Numbered from the stretch's first letter, positions 18,838 through 27,987 are shown. The stretch: DNA of 29,572 nucleotides from an archaeon (GCA_036170245.1 JAVHOV010000037.1:1-29572); one strand, 5' to 3'. Made by a program: numbers and translations. The notes: generated from the sequence alone by a model not told the origin.

Positions 18838-20388
18838 TTATTTCTTTTCATTTTCCTCAACTTCTCTTTCTACAGTTTCCTTTGAGAAATGCACTTCAGT
18901 AATTTGTCTGTTCTTTAAATTAATCATGGGAAAAGAGCACACAGTTGGAACGTGTCCAATCTTTTTTTGAAATTCAGTTTGGCCTTCCCAGCAGCCTGAA
19001 TTAATTATGGTTGTTCCCCTGTAAGTAGCATACCCTTTGTGGTGCAAGTCCCCAAACCAAATCAAGTCCGGCTCTTCCTTAATCACCATGTAATCTTTTC
19101 CTTCAGGAACATAAGGATTTCTTCCACCATATTTTGGCATTAAATCTCTTTTCTTTAAAAGTTCAATCATTGCTTCTTCAGGTTTAGTCATTGTTAGAAA
19201 ACTTACTGAACTAATAAGATCGTGAACACTTGCTCCATGGTAAATTAAATTTTTTAGCCCTTCAGTTTCTACCCATGAAGGAGAAGAAATAAAATGAAAG
19301 TTTCTTAATTTTGAAAGTTGAGGAACAAACTCTTTGTCAATTGCAGGCTGGGGTTCTGCTCTTCTAACCGCATCATGCTGTCCAGGGCAAATAAACACTT
19401 GAATGTACTCAGGTATCCGTAGCATTAGCTCTTCAAATTTTTGATACTGCCCGTAAACATCTTTAATTATTAATTCATCAAACTGGTTTGGGTATATTCC
19501 TATTCCTGCAACGTTATCCCCTGTAACAAAAAGGTATTGTATTTTTCCTACTCTGTCTTGCTGTTTTGGAGTTAAATCTTTTCCATTCAAATAATCAAGC
19601 AATTTTTTGAACTGTTCTTCAAAGAATAAGTTTGATCCTATATGCAAGTCACTTATTCCTCCAATATAAACTTCTTCACTGATTGTCTTTGAAGCATTGA
19701 TTGGCATATCCGGCCAGTAAAATTCTTTAATGATAATAAAATCTTTTCCCCACTTTGTTCCCTTTACTCCAATAACATTATCCTCAATCACTCTTTCTGA
19801 TTTTTCAATTAAAATTTTATCTTTTTCCATTACAAGTGCAATGCATTTTGAATCAAGGTCTTCAAGTTCAAAAGCAGTGTGTCCTTTTTTTGTAATCCAT
19901 TTTTTGTTAACCATTCCAATTACATCTACTTTTTCTTTATCCATAGTTCCTGCCAAATTTTTTAAGGGAATTGGATTTAGGTTATGTCTTGCCTTAAGCA
20001 TGGTTGACAATAACTCATACTTGCTTCGAAATAATCTCAAAAAGTCATCAACTTTTCCGCTTGAATTACTTTTTCCAGTAACATCATATTCTTCCATTAC
20101 TCTAAAATTAGGTGCTCTGTCTTTTGCTTGTGCAATAAATGAGGCTTTCTTCACTTCAACAGTAGTTACCACTGAATCCATTTTTGTTCGGTGAAGTTTC
20201 TTTTCCAAAATGTTAGGATTAATTATAAAATTTCCTTCGCTTGCAAGTTCATCAAGTATTTTACTCCAATCAGGAGCTTTTTCAAGAAGTTGTGCAGAGT
20301 CCTTATCAAGAATTAGTCCCAACCGTTCAGCACCGCTTAAAATGTTTTGAATAGTTTCGCTTGGTGCTGCTTGTTTTTCTTGTTGCAT
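18838..20388 (-). CDS. polB: DNA polymerase D small subunit DP1 (OB fold plus calcineurin-like phosphoesterase domain)
   Basis: OB fold (VIGMV...TKKGH..FELED), SDLHIGS, GIGIYPNQ, 'HDAVRRAEPQP', YHG and 'INSGCWEGQTEFQ'. Lies directly upstream of DP2. Confidence 0.95.
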   Translation of the reverse strand: MQQEKQAAPSETIQNILSGAERLGLILDKDSAQLLEKAPDWSKILDELASEGNFIINPNILEKKLHRTKMDSVVTTVEVKKASFIAQAKDRAPNFRVMEEYDVTGKSNSSGKVDDFLRLFRSKYELLSTMLKARHNLNPIPLKNLAGTMDKEKVDVIGMVNKKWITKKGHTAFELEDLDSKCIALVMEKDKILIEKSERVIEDNVIGVKGTKWGKDFIIIKEFYWPDMPINASKTISEEVYIGGISDLHIGSNLFFEEQFKKLLDYLNGKDLTPKQQDRVGKIQYLFVTGDNVAGIGIYPNQFDELIIKDVYGQYQKFEELMLRIPEYIQVFICPGQHDAVRRAEPQPAIDKEFVPQLSKLRNFHFISSPSWVETEGLKNLIYHGASVHDLISSVSFLTMTKPEEAMIELLKKRDLMPKYGGRNPYVPEGKDYMVIKEEPDLIWFGDLHHKGYATYRGTTIINSGCWEGQTEFQKKIGHVPTVCSFPMINLKNRQITEVHFSKETVEREVEENEKK

Positions 20389-20478
20389 AAAACCAACTTG
20401 CCTAGTTTATTTATTTTTTATATTTTTGGCAAATCTTTCTTATTTCTAGCGAAAAAAAGCATTTATGTTATGAAATAT

Positions 20479-20721
20479 TTATTTCATTTTTTCTTTTGCT
20501 TCTTCTATGAGAGAGATTAAATGCCAAATATCGGTTCTTGTATGGTCCGGCATATTGACATCGTTGCTTATATCGTCAAGCAAATAAATTGCTTCACTCA
20601 TTGAAGTAGCTGTGTTTAGTTTTACTTTGAAAACTGCTTCTTCTACTTTTGCTCGGATGTTTCGTGGCACGGCTCGGTCTGATAGGATTTCTTCCATTAT
20701 CTGAATCATTTCCGCACTCAT
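20479..20721 (-). CDS. UPF0147 family protein
   Basis: 'D.AVPRNIR...AIYLLDDISNDVNMPDHTRTDIW' signature. GGTGA SD. Confidence 0.88.
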   Translation of the reverse strand: MSAEMIQIMEEILSDRAVPRNIRAKVEEAVFKVKLNTATSMSEAIYLLDDISNDVNMPDHTRTDIWHLISLIEEAKEKMK

Positions 20722-20843
20722 TTTTTCACCTTTACAAAACTTTCTTTTCGCGCGAATAAATAAATTAAGATTCGCTCAATTTGAATAGAAAAAATAGATT
20801 GAAAAGGCTTTTTAAAGAGTGCTAACTTGGAAGAAAAAAAGTT

Positions 20844-21827
20844 CTAGAATATTTTGTTCTCTTTGTCCATTAACCATTCTTTTAGATTGTTAAGTCCTTT
20901 TCCTTCAATAATAATTTTTTCGCCAGCAAATGTTTCGTGAGCATCCTTCATTTGGGCCTCATTTGCAGCATCAGATTTATTTATTACAACCATAAATTTG
21001 TGGTGCGTGAATAGTTTCTTTGCTTCCAAAAACAAGTTCTTTTGTTTATCCATTTCTTGAGTTGGGTCAACTACAAAAAGAATCATTCCACTTAAGTGTT
21101 GTAATGCAGTAACCGCTTTTAGTTCAATTTTATTTCTATCAAGAAGCGGTCTGTCAAGTAATCCAGGAGTATCAATTATTTGGATTGGGACAAACTTCTT
21201 TATGAATACTCCAACATTAAGCCCTTTAGTTGTAAAAGGATAAGCTGCAATTTCTGGTTTTGATTCAGTTAGTCTTGATAACAATGTACTTTTTCCTGCG
21301 TTAGGGTATCCTGCCAGAATTATACAATCTTCACCAGTTCTAATACTAGGTAATTCTCTTAATTTTCTTGCTGATTCGTTATAAAAGTCAATTTGCTTTG
21401 TAAGTCCCTTCAAGAGAGAAGCAAGTCTTCCAACATAAGACTTAGTGATTTCGTAAGACTGTTTCTGTGCTCCTTCTCCGTATCTCATTTCCTTTAATTT
21501 AACAATGTAAGTTCTTCTAATATTTTTGATTAATCTTCCAACTGAAGAAATACTTGACAAAGTCTTTTTCAGTTCATCAGTATCCAAAATACATTCATAC
21601 AAATCTTTGTAAAATGGTTCCAAGTCTTCAAAGCTAGGAAATTCTTTTACAGATCTAAAAAGAGTTTCTTCTACAAAAGTTCCTGAAGCATCAATTTTTG
21701 CAATTTCTTTTCCTTTAACAGAATAAAATTCAGTTTTTTGTTTTGGGTAAAGCCCAGCTTCCTTTCTTCCTCTATTCATTGCCGAATCAAGCATCGCGGC
21801 TGGTTTTTGCATGAAAGGAACATCCAT
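20844..21827 (-). CDS. NOG1-family (OBG-like) GTPase
   Basis: G1 GYPNAGKS, G2 YPFTT, G3 DTPGLLDRP, G4 NKSD, and the N-terminal helical region 'FPSFEDLEPFY'. Confidence 0.92.
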   Translation of the reverse strand: MDVPFMQKPAAMLDSAMNRGRKEAGLYPKQKTEFYSVKGKEIAKIDASGTFVEETLFRSVKEFPSFEDLEPFYKDLYECILDTDELKKTLSSISSVGRLIKNIRRTYIVKLKEMRYGEGAQKQSYEITKSYVGRLASLLKGLTKQIDFYNESARKLRELPSIRTGEDCIILAGYPNAGKSTLLSRLTESKPEIAAYPFTTKGLNVGVFIKKFVPIQIIDTPGLLDRPLLDRNKIELKAVTALQHLSGMILFVVDPTQEMDKQKNLFLEAKKLFTHHKFMVVINKSDAANEAQMKDAHETFAGEKIIIEGKGLNNLKEWLMDKENKIF

Positions 21828-22057
21828 AATTATTCACATCTTGTTGATTGTTTTTACTCGTTATACTCTATATATTAGATAGAAATATTGGGGTTTATAA
21901 TCTAGTGCATTTGCTCTAAAAAATGAGTTTTTTTTGGTAAAATCGGGTTTGGTGGAGTTTTAAACAAAAAATATATTCTTCAAAAATTTGATTTTTTGTC
22001 GACCGAATTCGTTTTTAATTGTTTTGAATTCAATTATTTTAGCAAAAGGTTTTATTT

Positions 22058-23119
22058 ATGCAAGACTTTTACCAAAATAACTTCAAAAAAATGATGATTA
22101 TTCCGATAATTCTTGCGGTAATTATTTTGTTCTTGATTTTGTTCTATCCAGGAATTGAACCAGGCGTTGATTTGACTGGTGGAAATATATTAATCATCCG
22201 TTCAAGCGAACCGATTTCTGAAGATTTATTGAATTCTACTTTAACTGAAAACTTTTCACTTAAAGAATTAAAAGTATCTATAATTGCATCACCTACAGGA
22301 TACGGTGCTTGGATTCAGTACACAAAAGATCCTTTTATTGTAGATGTTGAATCAGTAATTGAAAAAGCAATGCTTGCTGTTGAAAACACAAGTGACACTG
22401 ATGCAATAAAATATTCAAACGAAGCACTGACTTTACTGAATAAACCTACTCAAGAATTTACTAATCCTAAAACTGCATTGCTTGCAGCACAACAAGCCCT
22501 TGCTGATTACAAGGAAGCTTATTCAAAGAAACTGCAGGACACTTTAACTGAAAAATTAAATTTAGGCAAAGATGCAGAATTTCAAAAAAGAGAAGTTTCT
22601 CCAACTCTTGGTGAAGCAAGCTTTTCTTCTTCAATTTTTGTTACTGTAATTGGACTAATATTAATTATGTTAATTGTTTTCATTGCATTTAGACAATTAG
22701 TTCCTTCAGCAGCAATAATTCAAGCAATGGTATTTGATGTTTTGGCAGGACTTGCTGGAATGGCTTTACTAAATATTCCTTTGTCTTTGACTACACTTCC
22801 TGCGATTCTCATGTTAATTGGTTACTCAATTGATACTGATATAATGCTTACAAGCAGAATGCTTAAAGGAAAAGACGGGACTCCTGGAGAAAGAGCAACA
22901 GAGTCAATGAAGACAGGACTTATGATGACAACAACTTCTCTTGCAGCACTTCTAGTAATGATTGTGTTTTCTTACTTTTACCAAATTGAAGTTATTTACC
23001 AAATATCAACAATTTTATTCTTCGGATTAATCGGAGATATAATTGCAACTTGGTTAATGAATGCACCAATATTACTATGGTGGATTGAGAAAAGAGAAAA
23101 GGAGCACAAGAAGTTTTAA
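22058..23119 (+). CDS. secF: Protein translocase subunit SecF
   Basis: TM1 followed by GVDLTGG, 'VSPTLG', multiple TM helices and 'GYSIDTDIMLTSR'. Confidence 0.93.
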   Translation: MQDFYQNNFKKMMIIPIILAVIILFLILFYPGIEPGVDLTGGNILIIRSSEPISEDLLNSTLTENFSLKELKVSIIASPTGYGAWIQYTKDPFIVDVESVIEKAMLAVENTSDTDAIKYSNEALTLLNKPTQEFTNPKTALLAAQQALADYKEAYSKKLQDTLTEKLNLGKDAEFQKREVSPTLGEASFSSSIFVTVIGLILIMLIVFIAFRQLVPSAAIIQAMVFDVLAGLAGMALLNIPLSLTTLPAILMLIGYSIDTDIMLTSRMLKGKDGTPGERATESMKTGLMMTTTSLAALLVMIVFSYFYQIEVIYQISTILFFGLIGDIIATWLMNAPILLWWIEKREKEHKKF

Positions 23120-23140
23120 TTTTAAAAATTGGTGAATACT

Positions 23141-24766
23141 ATGACTAACATTTTTTTGAAACATTGGCAGATTAGTTTTTTTGGAGCAGTACTGCTTTTA
23201 GCAATAGCATTAATTTTGATAAACGGAATACAATTAGGAATGGATTTTAAGGGAGGAACCTTATACCAAATCGAATTGCAAAAAGACCTTTCTAGTGACG
23301 AAATAAGTAGAATGGCAAATATTATTTCTCAAAGAATTGATCCCTCAGGAACAAAAGATGCAACAGTTTATCCTGTTGGAACAAAATTTATTGCAATTCA
23401 GCTCGCAGAAACCAATCCTAGCGAACTTGAAAAAATAGAATCAAGAATAAGACAGCAAGGAAGATTTGAATCAACATTAAACGGAGAAACTATTTTTACT
23501 GGAGACGAAATAAAAAAAGTTCTTCGAAGTGACACTTCTTATGGAGTACTGCCTTTAAGCAAAACTTCCTACGAATGGAGTTTACCTTTTATACTAAATG
23601 AAGCAGCTACAAAAAGATTTACTGAAAAAACATTCCACCAATGCAATGCCACTGGATTCAATGCAAAAGGAGTTCCAACTTACGATTGTGAAAAAACTGT
23701 TTTCTTTTTAGATAAACCAGTTGCATTAATTGTAATGACTCAGGATGAGTATGATTATGATGCTTCTATTTTTATTCAAGGTAACAAAGGGGAAAATATT
23801 CCTGCTGATACAAGCATTGACACAATAATACAAGATTCTCAATTGAATGTAATTGTTCTTGATGGCAATACTCTTGATATGAATAAAGCACAAACAGCAT
23901 TCTTAACTGCAAAGCAAGCAGTTGTTTCAAGCGGAGTTAGTGCAAGTATTAAAGATGATTTGAATGCAATCGGATTTGAAGTAGTTTTAAGAGAATCAAA
24001 AGATGCTGTTCCTTGGGTTTGGACTGCATTGAATGCAAAGCAGGTAATTAGTTTAACTGAAGGAATAACTAATGAAGATGTAACTGATATTTCAAAAGCA
24101 CAGCAATTCTCAACTCTACGAATTTCAGGACAAAGAGAAACTTCTAAAGAAGCAAAGACTGATCTTGAAGAATTAGCTATTTTACTTGAATCAGGATCTT
24201 TACCAACTCCAGTAAAAAGTATTTCAAAAGAAACAATTTCTGCTTCACTTGGTGAATCATTCCTTTCAGTAATCTGGATAATGGGTTTACTTGCTTTGAT
24301 TTGTGTAGCATTGCTAATAATTATTAGATATAAAATGCTGAAATTAGCTTTACCTATAATTATTACTGGAGTTAGCGAAATAATTATTATGATAGGGTTC
24401 CTTGCTTTCCTCAAACTGCCTATTGATTTAGCTTCATTTGCTGGAATTATTGCATCAATTGGAACTGGAGTAGATTCAGAAATTGTAATAACTGATGAAA
24501 TTTTAGGCAAGTCAAAAGAATCCCACGAATCTTTAATTAACAGAGCAAAAGCAGCTATGTTTATTATAGCAACCAGTGCATTTACAATGATTGGAGTAAT
24601 GGGTCCAATATTATTATTCTCAAGAAGCATGCCTGGACTTGAAAAATTGTACGGTTTTGCACTTGTTGCAATAGTTGGAGCATTAATTGGAATATTTATT
24701 TCAAGACCTGGATTTACACAAATAGTTAAGTGGATTGTTCAAAAGAAAGAAGAAGGAAAAAATTAA
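23141..24766 (+). CDS. secD: Protein translocase subunit SecD
   Basis: 'GIQLGMDFKGG', 'LESGSLP', 'ISASLG' and 'GTGVDSEIVITDE'. GGTGA SD before ATG 23141. Confidence 0.93.
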   Translation: MTNIFLKHWQISFFGAVLLLAIALILINGIQLGMDFKGGTLYQIELQKDLSSDEISRMANIISQRIDPSGTKDATVYPVGTKFIAIQLAETNPSELEKIESRIRQQGRFESTLNGETIFTGDEIKKVLRSDTSYGVLPLSKTSYEWSLPFILNEAATKRFTEKTFHQCNATGFNAKGVPTYDCEKTVFFLDKPVALIVMTQDEYDYDASIFIQGNKGENIPADTSIDTIIQDSQLNVIVLDGNTLDMNKAQTAFLTAKQAVVSSGVSASIKDDLNAIGFEVVLRESKDAVPWVWTALNAKQVISLTEGITNEDVTDISKAQQFSTLRISGQRETSKEAKTDLEELAILLESGSLPTPVKSISKETISASLGESFLSVIWIMGLLALICVALLIIIRYKMLKLALPIIITGVSEIIIMIGFLAFLKLPIDLASFAGIIASIGTGVDSEIVITDEILGKSKESHESLINRAKAAMFIIATSAFTMIGVMGPILLFSRSMPGLEKLYGFALVAIVGALIGIFISRPGFTQIVKWIVQKKEEGKN

Positions 24767-24790
24767 TTCTTCTTTTTTATTCTTTTTAGT
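24767..24790 (+). terminator. Putative oligo-T terminator after secD
   Basis: TTCTTCTTTTTTATTCTTTTT immediately after the stop codon. Confidence 0.4.
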
Positions 24791-24830
24791 TCAAGAGTCC
24801 TTTTTCAATTAGCATCTTTATTTATTTTAA

Positions 24831-24935
24831 ACAAAATGGGTTTAATACTCTGTGGTCTTGCTATGGTAATATTACCCCTTTTGTAACAGTAAAAAATCCT
24901 TGGATGCTCCTGGTCTTGCCGTGGGGGTTTTTCAC
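24831..24935 (+). mobile_element. Putative non-autonomous IS200/IS605-derived palindromic element (two degenerate hairpins, ending TTCAC); left boundary approximate
   Basis: Direct repeat TGGTCTTGC(T/C)(A/G)TGG at 24853-24866 and 24911-24924, each the core of an imperfect hairpin. The right copy reads GATGCTCCTGGTCTTGCCGTGGGGGTTTTTCAC. Confidence 0.55.
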
Positions 24936-24949
24936 TAGATTTAACTTAA

Positions 24950-25495
24950 TCAAATAAGCTTACTAAAATCATTCTCTTTTTGAATGAATTTGATTCCATA
25001 ATACCAAACTAAAAGAATGACTGCACTCATAAAAAACCAAGTAAATTCATGAATTAGTTCTGCATCAAATCCTAATATTCCTGAGTAAATAACTAAACCG
25101 ATGCGTGGAATATTTAAAGTTAATAAGAAAAGTGCTCCAATAGCTACTATTAGTACTCTTTTTTTTAACTCCATTCGCTTTAATGGAAGAGTTATTGCAC
25201 AAAGAATTGCCAAACTAACTAACCCAGTGCATGAATTTGTCACTAAAAAAGAGGTAGAATTAACAAAAATAGTATTGTTAATGAAAGGCAAATTAAAGAA
25301 ATTAGCAATAATACTTGTAATTAGATTTGTGAATATGCTTATGTCAATGAGGTTGATTAATGCTTCAAGAACAATGAATATTCCAAAAAACTTTGCTAAA
25401 AAAACAAGAATGGCTTTGTTGTTTTTTATTATTGATTTATCTGGCACTCTTTTTGGAGCAATTTTTTTTGTTTTCTTTTTTGCACTCACAATCAA
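24950..25495 (-). CDS. Archaeosortase/exosortase family transpeptidase
   Basis: Multi-TM protein with Cys (VTNSCTGL), Arg (LNIPRI) and His (LIHE) in exosortase order. Start is TTG 25495 or GTG 25489, after a GGTGA SD. Confidence 0.88.
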   Translation of the reverse strand: MIVSAKKKTKKIAPKRVPDKSIIKNNKAILVFLAKFFGIFIVLEALINLIDISIFTNLITSIIANFFNLPFINNTIFVNSTSFLVTNSCTGLVSLAILCAITLPLKRMELKKRVLIVAIGALFLLTLNIPRIGLVIYSGILGFDAELIHEFTWFFMSAVILLVWYYGIKFIQKENDFSKLI

Positions 25496-25496
25496 T

Positions 25497-26009
25497 TCAC
25501 CAAGGAACGCTCTTTAGCTTTAATTTGAATGCAATGTAATTGAAAGTTTTGTGAATAAAGAAAGTTGCGACCAAAAGCAAAACAACTAACCATACTTCAG
25601 GCAATCTAACTATTGTGCTTAGTATTATTCCGCCTAAAACAAAATCCAATTGATCTGCAAGCTCCCACTTTTCTCCGCTTTGAATATGAAATCTTCTCTT
25701 AAAAAAACTCTTTGTCAAGTCGCCTAAAAGTGCTCCAAGTGAAAGCAAAAAAGCAAGCAAAATATAATTTGGAAGGATAGCTTCAGCTATTGGAAATAAA
25801 ATAAAAATTATTGTTCCTGCTCCAGTTCCCGCAGTAATTCCTGCAATTGTTCCTAAGATTGTCTTTCCTTTTCCAAAAATAGGTTCTCCAAATAGTTTTT
25901 TATTCAAATCTAGTGGAATTTTACCGTGAACCAAAACTGGAGAAGAATTTGCAATGTAAAGAGGAGCAACGTAAAGGAAGGTGATTATCAATGCATTAAT
26001 GATATCCAT
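25497..26009 (-). CDS. carS: CDP-archaeol synthase (DUF46)
   Basis: 'ANSSPVL..GKIPLD', 'FGKGKT..G', 'GDLTKSFFKRR', 'DQLDF', ending 'LKLKSVPW'. Confidence 0.93.
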   Translation of the reverse strand: MDIINALIITFLYVAPLYIANSSPVLVHGKIPLDLNKKLFGEPIFGKGKTILGTIAGITAGTGAGTIIFILFPIAEAILPNYILLAFLLSLGALLGDLTKSFFKRRFHIQSGEKWELADQLDFVLGGIILSTIVRLPEVWLVVLLLVATFFIHKTFNYIAFKLKLKSVPW

Positions 26010-26106
26010 TTTTACAACACCAAGTAAACTATCAAACTTATTATTTATATTAAGTTATTAAGCAAAATAAGTAATTAAATACTCTGCAGTTACAAATTTT
26101 TTCTAT

Positions 26107-26811
26107 TTAAATTAAAAATAATCCTATAACAAAACAAAATATTGCCCCACATGCAGAACCAATCATGTTGACTTGAGTATTATTTAGAATTTTCTTTGTT
26201 TCAAACAGCGCTCCTGCTACTGAATCCGAATTAGACCCAACTATTCCTGCAAGAACTATTACAATTGCAATTGGAAGATTAGAATAAACAAAAAAGTGAA
26301 CCGCCCCTATTATGAGTCCGCCTGCAAGTGCTGCGAATTCTCCAAGCACTGTTACTCCTCCGTTAGTTCCCTTTGCAACAGGTTTTAGGGTTGTAATCAT
26401 TACCGGCTGAGTTTTTGAATAATACCCAACTTCGCTAGAAAGAGTATCAGCTAGTGCTGCAGAAATTGCTCCAAAAAAAGCAAGTTCAAAAAGGAAAGCA
26501 GAATCAGGCAAAACTATTATTGGTAAAAGAGTAATTAGTGCAGGAAGAGAATTTCCAATAACATTCCAAATGTTTCTCTCTTCGTGCTTCTTTCTTGGGT
26601 AGTTGCTTGCAATTTCTCCAAAAACAAAAAACAGCACTACTATTCCAAAATCAATTAAAGGATTTGGGCCATAAGTTATTGCGGCAAGGCCCACAGCATT
26701 ACCAATTAAAATTCCTTCAAAATCAAGAAGTTTTGTTTTATATGAAAGAATTGAAAAAAAAGCTAGAAATAGTAAAAGCACTGTTAATTCAACAGGGTTG
26801 CTTAACACCAT
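26107..26811 (-). CDS. DUF92 (TMEM19/VTE6-like) integral membrane protein
   Basis: 'RNIWNVIGN', 'ALADTLSSEVG', 'ITTLKPV..GTNGGVTVLG', 'DSVAGALFE' and 'LNNTQVN'. Confidence 0.9.
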   Translation of the reverse strand: MVLSNPVELTVLLLFLAFFSILSYKTKLLDFEGILIGNAVGLAAITYGPNPLIDFGIVVLFFVFGEIASNYPRKKHEERNIWNVIGNSLPALITLLPIIVLPDSAFLFELAFFGAISAALADTLSSEVGYYSKTQPVMITTLKPVAKGTNGGVTVLGEFAALAGGLIIGAVHFFVYSNLPIAIVIVLAGIVGSNSDSVAGALFETKKILNNTQVNMIGSACGAIFCFVIGLFLI

Positions 26812-26826
26812 TTCCCATTCCTTCCA

Positions 26827-27444
26827 TTACTTTGATGCGTAGAAAGTTGCTTTAGCAACTATTACTTTTTTTACTTGGCAAACTTTACTTGCCTTCTTGA
26901 ATAAATCATTAGAAAAGTTTCCTAATAATAATTCTTGAGTAAGTATTTCAAAGTCTTTTCCTGCTAATTGAGCTAAATGTTCTTTCATTATCTTCTGAAC
27001 ACCCGCTTTTTGTGCGTTAGTAGCTTTTCTGTCAGTAACAACTATTACTGTAGTTACTGCTTCTCCGCCAACAACAGGTAAATTTTCGTGCAAAGCAACT
27101 TTACTGTTTCTTCTTCTAACAGTTCTTCCAAGAGTTCCTTTATTAACTTCAAATCCTGAAATAAAAGTTGATGCGTTTTGTCCTTGAATATCATTTACTT
27201 TAAATGACAAAACATAATCTCTTTTTGTTCTTTGTCCAGTAACTACATCCATTGTAGTTTTGAAAGTTCTTCCCATTATGTTCTTTGGTTTTTCGCCAGG
27301 AGTTTCTCCTAAAGGCTTTTTATCAAAGATTTTTGAAGACAATATAGTGAACCATTTTTTCTTCTTCCATTTATCAACAGTCTTTCTTGCGCCAGAACTT
27401 TTTTGCTGTGCTGTCTGTGTTTTTTGTTCAACCATTGCTGCCAT
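26827..27444 (-). CDS. rps3ae: 30S ribosomal protein S3Ae (eS1)
   Basis: 'VDKWKKKKWFTI...GETP...MGRTF...VRRRNSKV'. Confidence 0.93.
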   Translation of the reverse strand: MAAMVEQKTQTAQQKSSGARKTVDKWKKKKWFTILSSKIFDKKPLGETPGEKPKNIMGRTFKTTMDVVTGQRTKRDYVLSFKVNDIQGQNASTFISGFEVNKGTLGRTVRRRNSKVALHENLPVVGGEAVTTVIVVTDRKATNAQKAGVQKIMKEHLAQLAGKDFEILTQELLLGNFSNDLFKKASKVCQVKKVIVAKATFYASK

Positions 27445-27451
27445 TTGTACT

Positions 27452-27547
27452 CTACCTCAATAATTCATCAATTTTTTTTAAGCTTTCAATTCCAGTTCCC
27501 TCAAACAAAACATTATTGTTTTCTATGAGTTTACTTTTAACTTTCAA
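27452..27547 (-). CDS. Putative 31-aa small protein between rps15 and rps3ae
   Basis: TTG start 4 nt after a perfect GGTGA SD. Translates as MKVKSKLIENNNVLFEGTGIESLKKIDELLR*. Stop lies 7 nt before the rps3ae ATG. Not in the ORF track. Confidence 0.45.
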   Translation of the reverse strand: MKVKSKLIENNNVLFEGTGIESLKKIDELLR

Positions 27548-27576
27548 AAAATCACCATTTTTTCTAAACCATCACA

Positions 27577-27987
27577 TTACTTTACTAATAATGCTGCTTG
27601 TTCAGGAGTATAAACCCATCCAGTTGGGATTTTGTTCTTCTTTGCGTAATATTTAGTTAATCTTTTTATCTTTGCAACGGTTAATTCATAACCTCTCTTT
27701 GCAGAATAATCTTTTTTATTCTTGTTCATGTGATTATTAAGCATTACACTTTTTCTAATTAAATTCAATAAATCTTCAGGCATTTCTCCAGTTAATTTGT
27801 TTTCTCTCAAAACTCCTTGGATTGTCTTTCCTGTAGTCTCTGTAAAGTTCTTTACCCCATATTCATCTCTAAGAATAAGTCCTATTTTGCTTGAAGAGTG
27901 CCCAGCGTTAGCCAGAGATACTACTTGTTCTTCAAGTTCCTCTCTTGATTGTTCCTTGTGCTCTTTATGTTCAGTTTTCTTAGCCAT
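27577..27987 (-). CDS. rps15: 30S ribosomal protein S15 (uS15)
   Basis: 'SKIGLILRDEYGV', 'PEDLLNLIRK', 'NKKDYSAKRG', 'KIKRLTKYY...P.GWVY'. ATG 27987 preferred to GTG 27996. Confidence 0.95.
   Translation of the reverse strand: MAKKTEHKEHKEQSREELEEQVVSLANAGHSSSKIGLILRDEYGVKNFTETTGKTIQGVLRENKLTGEMPEDLLNLIRKSVMLNNHMNKNKKDYSAKRGYELTVAKIKRLTKYYAKKNKIPTGWVYTPEQAALLVK

Noticed and set aside
20766..20800. Short palindromes upstream of UPF0147 (TTCGCGCGAA; GCGAAT...ATTCGC), coordinates approximate
   Set aside because: Too short to distinguish from chance without comparative data.
23839..24630. 263-aa antisense ORF inside secD
   Set aside because: Shadow ORF opposite a well-conserved gene, with no recognisable motifs. 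The same applies to the other short antisense ORFs (e.g. 11538-11807, 19730-20194, 25101-25517).
22058..24766. secF preceding secD
   Set aside because: This order is known in archaea and is not unusual.
24840..24935. Possible tRNA, 5S rRNA or mini-CRISPR in the secD-sortase gap
   Set aside because: No cloverleaf or T-loop, only two 14-bp imperfect repeats, and no cas genes. Better explained as IS-end hairpins.
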